NCBI GenBank assembly: GCA_038496445.1
Contig: JALMLS010000378.1
Coordinates: 248,001 to 312,000 of the forward strand
Length of the DNA stretch: 64,000 nucleotides
DNA from: Trichosphaerium sp. ATCC 40318
Taxonomy: Eukaryota > Protista > Tubulinea
Reading direction: 5' to 3'
The notes below the pieces were generated by a model. The model made no database searches, had not been told where the DNA came from, and saw only the letters and a program-made list of their open reading frames with translations. Positions within the stretch are counted from its first letter, which is position 1. The number at the start of each line of letters is the position of its first letter. Of this stretch, positions 59,187 through 64,000 are shown in pieces. The translations under genes were made by a program, and so were the position numbers.

Positions 59187-59571
59187 TCATGCTTTTTTTT
59201 TTCTTTTTTCTTCTTTCTTCTTTTTTTTTTGGTTTTTTTGCCTTTCGTAGAAAGGACGGAGAAATCAAATTAAAATGCAAGTACTGAAAAAAAAGTTTTG
59301 GTCGGAAGCGCTCTACAAAAAAAAAACAGTTGTAATAGTTTGTACAAAAGAATACAAGATTTAAAACAATCAGTAGGCTTTTTATTGTTTTTCTTGAATT
59401 TAATAGCTTGTAATTGCTACGGGTAGTAGCGAGTTTACGTTAATAGGTTCCTAAAACGGTTCAAAAAGTGGTAAGGCACTAAATGCTTTTTTAGACAACT
59501 GCAAGTTGGTAACCTTTCCTTGGTCTCATTTTGCCGGAAACAGGCGTTTTAGATGTTGCTGTAGAGTTAAG

Positions 59572-62500
59572 ATGTTTAAGGCAGTTTGCCAGCTACTCAT
59601 AGCTCGTATTGAAAGGACAAGGCAGTTTACGTGCGTAACATGCACAAAACAGGCAAACTAGCTGCGCGAGGTGTTAAAGGAGTTGGAAAAGCTGTAAAAC
59701 GCGTGCGTATGACGTTGTCATGTACTCAAACGCGCTAACACAAGGCCAGGCAGCGGGAAATGTGGCTAAAGCCAATCACCTCGTTAATGTTCCTAATCGT
59801 GCAGTGATGGGGCGTACACAACCATTCAACGTACGGTACGCTAATATACATTGTTTTATTGAATTTACAATAGGTATCTATTAACGGCACCAAACGCACT
59901 ATCATTATAGACATGAAGCATAGTACTCTCGTTATCACAAAAACGTATGAGCGTTATCATTCGACGGAAAAACTGCTTTAGCAACCCAATACCTTACTAC
60001 GTCCTAGTGGGAATACCAGTGACGTAACAAGAGAAATAAACCTTCATGAAATTATTGATATTGAGCCTCACGTTGATGACCACAAAAAAGTAAAAATACG
60101 GCTCGGAAAGCAAGGATCCCCTTTTGAAGAAAGCCACCAGAAGGCAAGTGTCAGTTTTGAACACTTTGACGTAAAATTAACTAATTTTTAACAAATGCCT
60201 TGGATGAAATTCGCTCCTTTTACCTTAAAATAGCTTAAAACGCCCACATTTGGCGAAAAAAATTATGTCCCGCTTTGAGCAAGGTTGTCTAACATTATTG
60301 CAGAAAGACAAACTTGCTATGCAATTCTCTAGTGCTTCAGTTTGTGCCCAGTTTATATTCTTACTGATTTGGACTTATAAAGTCACAGCGGTAAGCGTAC
60401 ACTCATAAAGCTGTTGTTTTGGTTAGTACTAACTGTGAAGTTTTAGAAGAAGAATGTGAACGACAGAAGAGGGTTGACATCCATGTCACTGTATGTTGGT
60501 ACTTGGAATGTTGGCAATGCTGCTCCTGCTGTTGCTAGCTTTGATCCTTGGATTCCAAAGGTATGTATGCAACTCTTATTTAATTGCTAAAGCTATTTGC
60601 TAAGGATAAACACGATATGTATGTTATAGGGTGCCAAGAATGTACTTACAAGCCGAGGTATGTTTTGACCTCCTTGATATTGCTTAAGTGATTAAGGGAT
60701 GGGTTCAAGTCGGACAGCGAAGATTGGTGGCAGTCACTCATACAACACATGGGTTCAAACTATAAAGTAGTGCACAAAGTAACTATGTGGGAGATACGGT
60801 TGATAGTCTTCGTTAGAGTGCGTAGTAGTTGTATTTTACTCTTGGTAAAGTTCTTATTTTGCTTTGTTCAGAAAGAGTTGACAATGCTTGTGACAAACGT
60901 TACTTTCTCAAAAGAAGCGACCGGCACGTGATAACAAAATGCTAAAGTGTTTACTTGTGAATTAGGTATTGGTAATATGATGGCGAACAAAGGAGGCGTA
61001 GGCATTTCTTTTAATATTGCTGCAACGTCATTCTGTTTCATCAATAGTCATCTTGCAGCTCATCAAGATAAGCTTGAAGCACGTAACCGAAACGTTAGAG
61101 ATATCATGAAGTATTTAAGACTAGGTGAGTAGTAAGCTGTTGAATACACCTTTTCGTTTGATTAACCTTTTGTTTACTAGGTACTAAAACCCAGAGATCT
61201 AAAGTTATCGATGTCACAACGCGATTTGCACATTTGTTTTGGATGGGAGATTTAAATTATAGGATTGATGGCACCAGGGAGGAAGTAATAAAGGCGGTTA
61301 AGGAAGGCAACCTTAAGTCCGAGCTGTACCCAAAAGATCAGCTCATTAAAGCAATCACAGGCAAAAACATATTTAATGGGTTTACGGAAGGGCCAGTTTA
61401 TAAGTTTAAGCCAACGTATAAATTTGATAGAGGCTCAAGGCACGTCCCCAGAACTCAAAACAAAAAGAACTTTCGTAAACAAAAGTTAATAATCTAATAG
61501 GGACGAATATTCTGAAGACAGAAATCGTGTGCCTTCGTGGTGTGACCGAATATTATGGCGTTCTTGGCCCGATTGTCCTATAAAACAAACTTCATATGAT
61601 GCAGGTACACTATAAAGCAGTTGATATTCCAATCAATACAGCCTTACTTTTTGTTTTTTACTAGCACATGAACTCATGACGTCTGATCATTCTCCTGTTT
61701 ATGCCACTTATGAAGTAGGTATATCTGAGTCGCCTATACCAGTTGATCCATCTCCCGCTTGTACTATATCAATATCAGGGCTTAAGGGTAAACTAAAAAA
61801 GGTAAAGGTTTTGTTGTTTACTTCTGTAACTCTTATTTTTTTCTATTCAGCAACAAGTTGTTCAATATAGAAGAACTGATATTCTAGCTAAACGAGTCAG
61901 TTTCACTCATCAGAATGAAATTGAACAACAACCCTCAGATGTCATTAAACGTAGAGATACTAATGTAGAAATGGATTTGAATAGCATGAAGCTTAGTATA
62001 CCTAAGCTGGGTGAATTTACAGGAGAGAAGAAGGAGATAAGACACACGTTGTTTCATTCCCTAGACTCCTTACCAGCTGTGAGGGTGAGACAAGCGGATA
62101 GTGATGATTATGATGACTTGATCGCTCCTAAGCTAAACGCTAGCTTGGATATTGATAATCCTGTTATGAAGAAAAAGCGAAGAAGGTCATTGGAAGCTTC
62201 GAAGTCTGCTATACATAAAAATTGGAGACTATCAGTAGACTTGACTCCAGCAGAAGAAAGGTCTTTAGATAAGAGTCAGAAGGAGTTACTTAGTCCTGTA
62301 CAACATCATAAACGCAGGCATAGAAAAAGAACTTCTTCTGATGCTGGAAGAGCAGGAAGGAAGCTTCTTAAGTCTCCAGCTGTTGTTGTATGTCATTCCT
62401 GTTTTTTTTTCTTTCTTTTCTGACTTTTTGTAGTTCGGGAAAGCAAAGGAGGTATGTTAATAGTATCTTCATTACAATACTTCAAGTTGTCTCCAGGGTA

Positions 62501-63094
62501 AATTTTCTTGCTAATTTGGTATCAAGGTTGGCAAGCATATGAATAACCTGCTTCTTCGATTTTCTTTGGGTAATTTATGGTGTGTAAAGACAAGGGGTTT
62601 TGCTCGAGCTAGTATGAAGAGCGAGCCTGTTTGGAAAAAATCTGTTGGTACTTGATAGTCTTTTCATTTTTCCTTCTCACGTGGTTTTTTAATAGAATTA
62701 ATGCCTTTCATTCCGCATGCAGAATATCTGAAGAAGCAACATGTCAGAGTAGAACTTTGGAATACTGTTGCTAGTCTTTCGTACGTGGTTGTGCAATATA
62801 GGGACAATTCTATTAGGTTATTATTTATCACTTTTTAGTTCTCGCTTGCTTATAGGCCGAGCTGTAATTAGTCTTAAAAATTACGTAGCTTACGATGAAC
62901 CGTTACATTTTAAAGTAGAATTGTCAAAGTTTTCTGTACCTGTAGGTAAGCATAAGCTTGTGGTAGTTGTTTGTTGTTTATTCAAATTTCATCTAACTTT
63001 TTTTTTTCAAGGTACTATTGAAGGCTTCCTTCATGTGAGATATCATGACGACGATACAATCTTACGGTCCCCAAGAGAAGATTTTGTTGAGTAG
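59572..63094 (+). CDS. Inositol polyphosphate 5-phosphatase with C-terminal C2-like region (start uncertain)
   Basis: GTWNVG, IGCQE, NKGGV, NSHLAAH, FWMGDLNYR, PTYK, PSWCDRILW, SDHSPV. Confidence 0.9.
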
Positions 63095-63352
63095 TGGCAT
63101 CTAGCAGCTGTAAATACCAGTAAACATGTAATTTATTTCAAACTTTTCATTGTTTTTGTTACCTTTATGGAATTACCTTTACAACAATTGGCAACTATGG
63201 AAAATAAAGTGCTCGAAAAAAAATACTCCTTACCAAACAAAAGACTGCCGTGAAAAAACTTGGTCCCAAGAACGGTACAATCCAGCGAAAAATAAAAAGT
63301 GCAAGTCCTGGCAAACAATTATGTTTGAACAATTTCAAGCGTAGCTGCAAAT

Positions 63353-63634
63353 TTGCAGCACAAGTTCTGACTTTCTAGATTAAGAATTTTGTCGTAGCAA
63401 CTTCTTTTCTGTGCTGTAAGTCATATATGACTCGTATTACTACTCCGTATGCTAGAAAAGTTGCAACATAAGTTCTGACTTTCTAGATTAAGTATTGTTG
63501 TCGTAACACCTTCTTTCTTTACTGCGCAGTTTTAATACTACTGTGTGTAATAGAGCATGAACCAAACTTTCGTAAAAACCTTTTTCAACCTAAGGATGGA
63601 TTAGTTCGTGTTCATGTATTGTAGTTCTGACTTT
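63353..63634. repeat. Degenerate ~58-bp direct repeat (108-bp offset) plus partial third copy
   Basis: aagttctgactttctagattaag at 63362 and 63470; agttctgacttt at 63623. Confidence 0.75.
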
Positions 63635-63746
63635 AAACCCAATCCAAAACAATTTCAGAAACAGTATTTTAAGATTTTCAGGCTTATCGAACTTAATAAG
63701 GATCCCGGGCTAAATACTTATTTGTAACTTTAGCAATCAACACAGC

Positions 63747-64000
63747 ATGGCAGCATTATTAAAGCCACAAGGAAGTTTAACATTTATTCAGAATGTACGT
63801 TTCGATACAAGTTCATCAGACTCTCTTCAACACACATGTAACTCAATATAATATTAGAGCGAAAAAACAAATGCTAAAGGATACGCCAAGTCACAAGAGA
63901 TACCCTCTAAAAAGTATTTTGAAATACCAACCGTTTTACGACATATTTGCGACTTGAACAATAAAACAGTTCTTGATATGGGCTGTGGCGTTGGAAAGTA
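63747..64000 (+). CDS. Class I SAM-dependent methyltransferase, runs off right edge
   Basis: After one intron: ...DLNNKTVLDMGCGVGK (motif I). Confidence 0.8.

Noticed and set aside
59581-59621. Introner-like GC-AG intron flanked by the AAGGCAGTTT direct repeat
   Set aside because: A downstream ATG (MHKTGK) explains the frame without it, and no similar intron family was seen elsewhere in the window
63353-63634. CRISPR-like array
   Set aside because: Only two full degenerate copies, irregular spacing, eukaryotic context and no cas genes

Overview
Gene-dense, AT-rich eukaryotic (protist-like, possibly amoebozoan judging from the actin sequence) genomic DNA. Genes are broken by many short spliceosomal introns (mostly ~40-80 nt; GTACGT/GTATGT donors, CTAAC-like branch points), so the ORF track shows only fragments. 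The standard genetic code fits. Reconstructed genes: LacZ-type beta-galactosidase, DHX37/Dhr1 helicase, a TKL kinase fused to ABM-like barrels, a divergent eIF1/SUI1 not recoverable from the ORF track, tRNA-Arg(UCG) with an inverted truncated duplicate, a polytopic membrane protein, a DUF4139 protein, a carboxylesterase pseudogene, four F-box genes or remnants (LRR, NHL, MORN-variant, fragment), three paralogs of a type-I membrane protein with H-type-lectin-like repeats, a secreted RTX-like repeat protein, a histidine phosphatase, a small Cys-rich GPI-type protein, PARP, actin, GST, a SAPS-like protein, an inositol 5-phosphatase and a SAM methyltransferase. The most interesting signals are the diversifying lectin-like receptor cluster (27-42 kb), strong over-representation of CACGTG, the hidden eIF1 paralog with a poor start context, recurrent GC-AG introns, and the kinase-ABM and F-box-MORN fusions. 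All family calls come from motif recognition by eye, not database searches.
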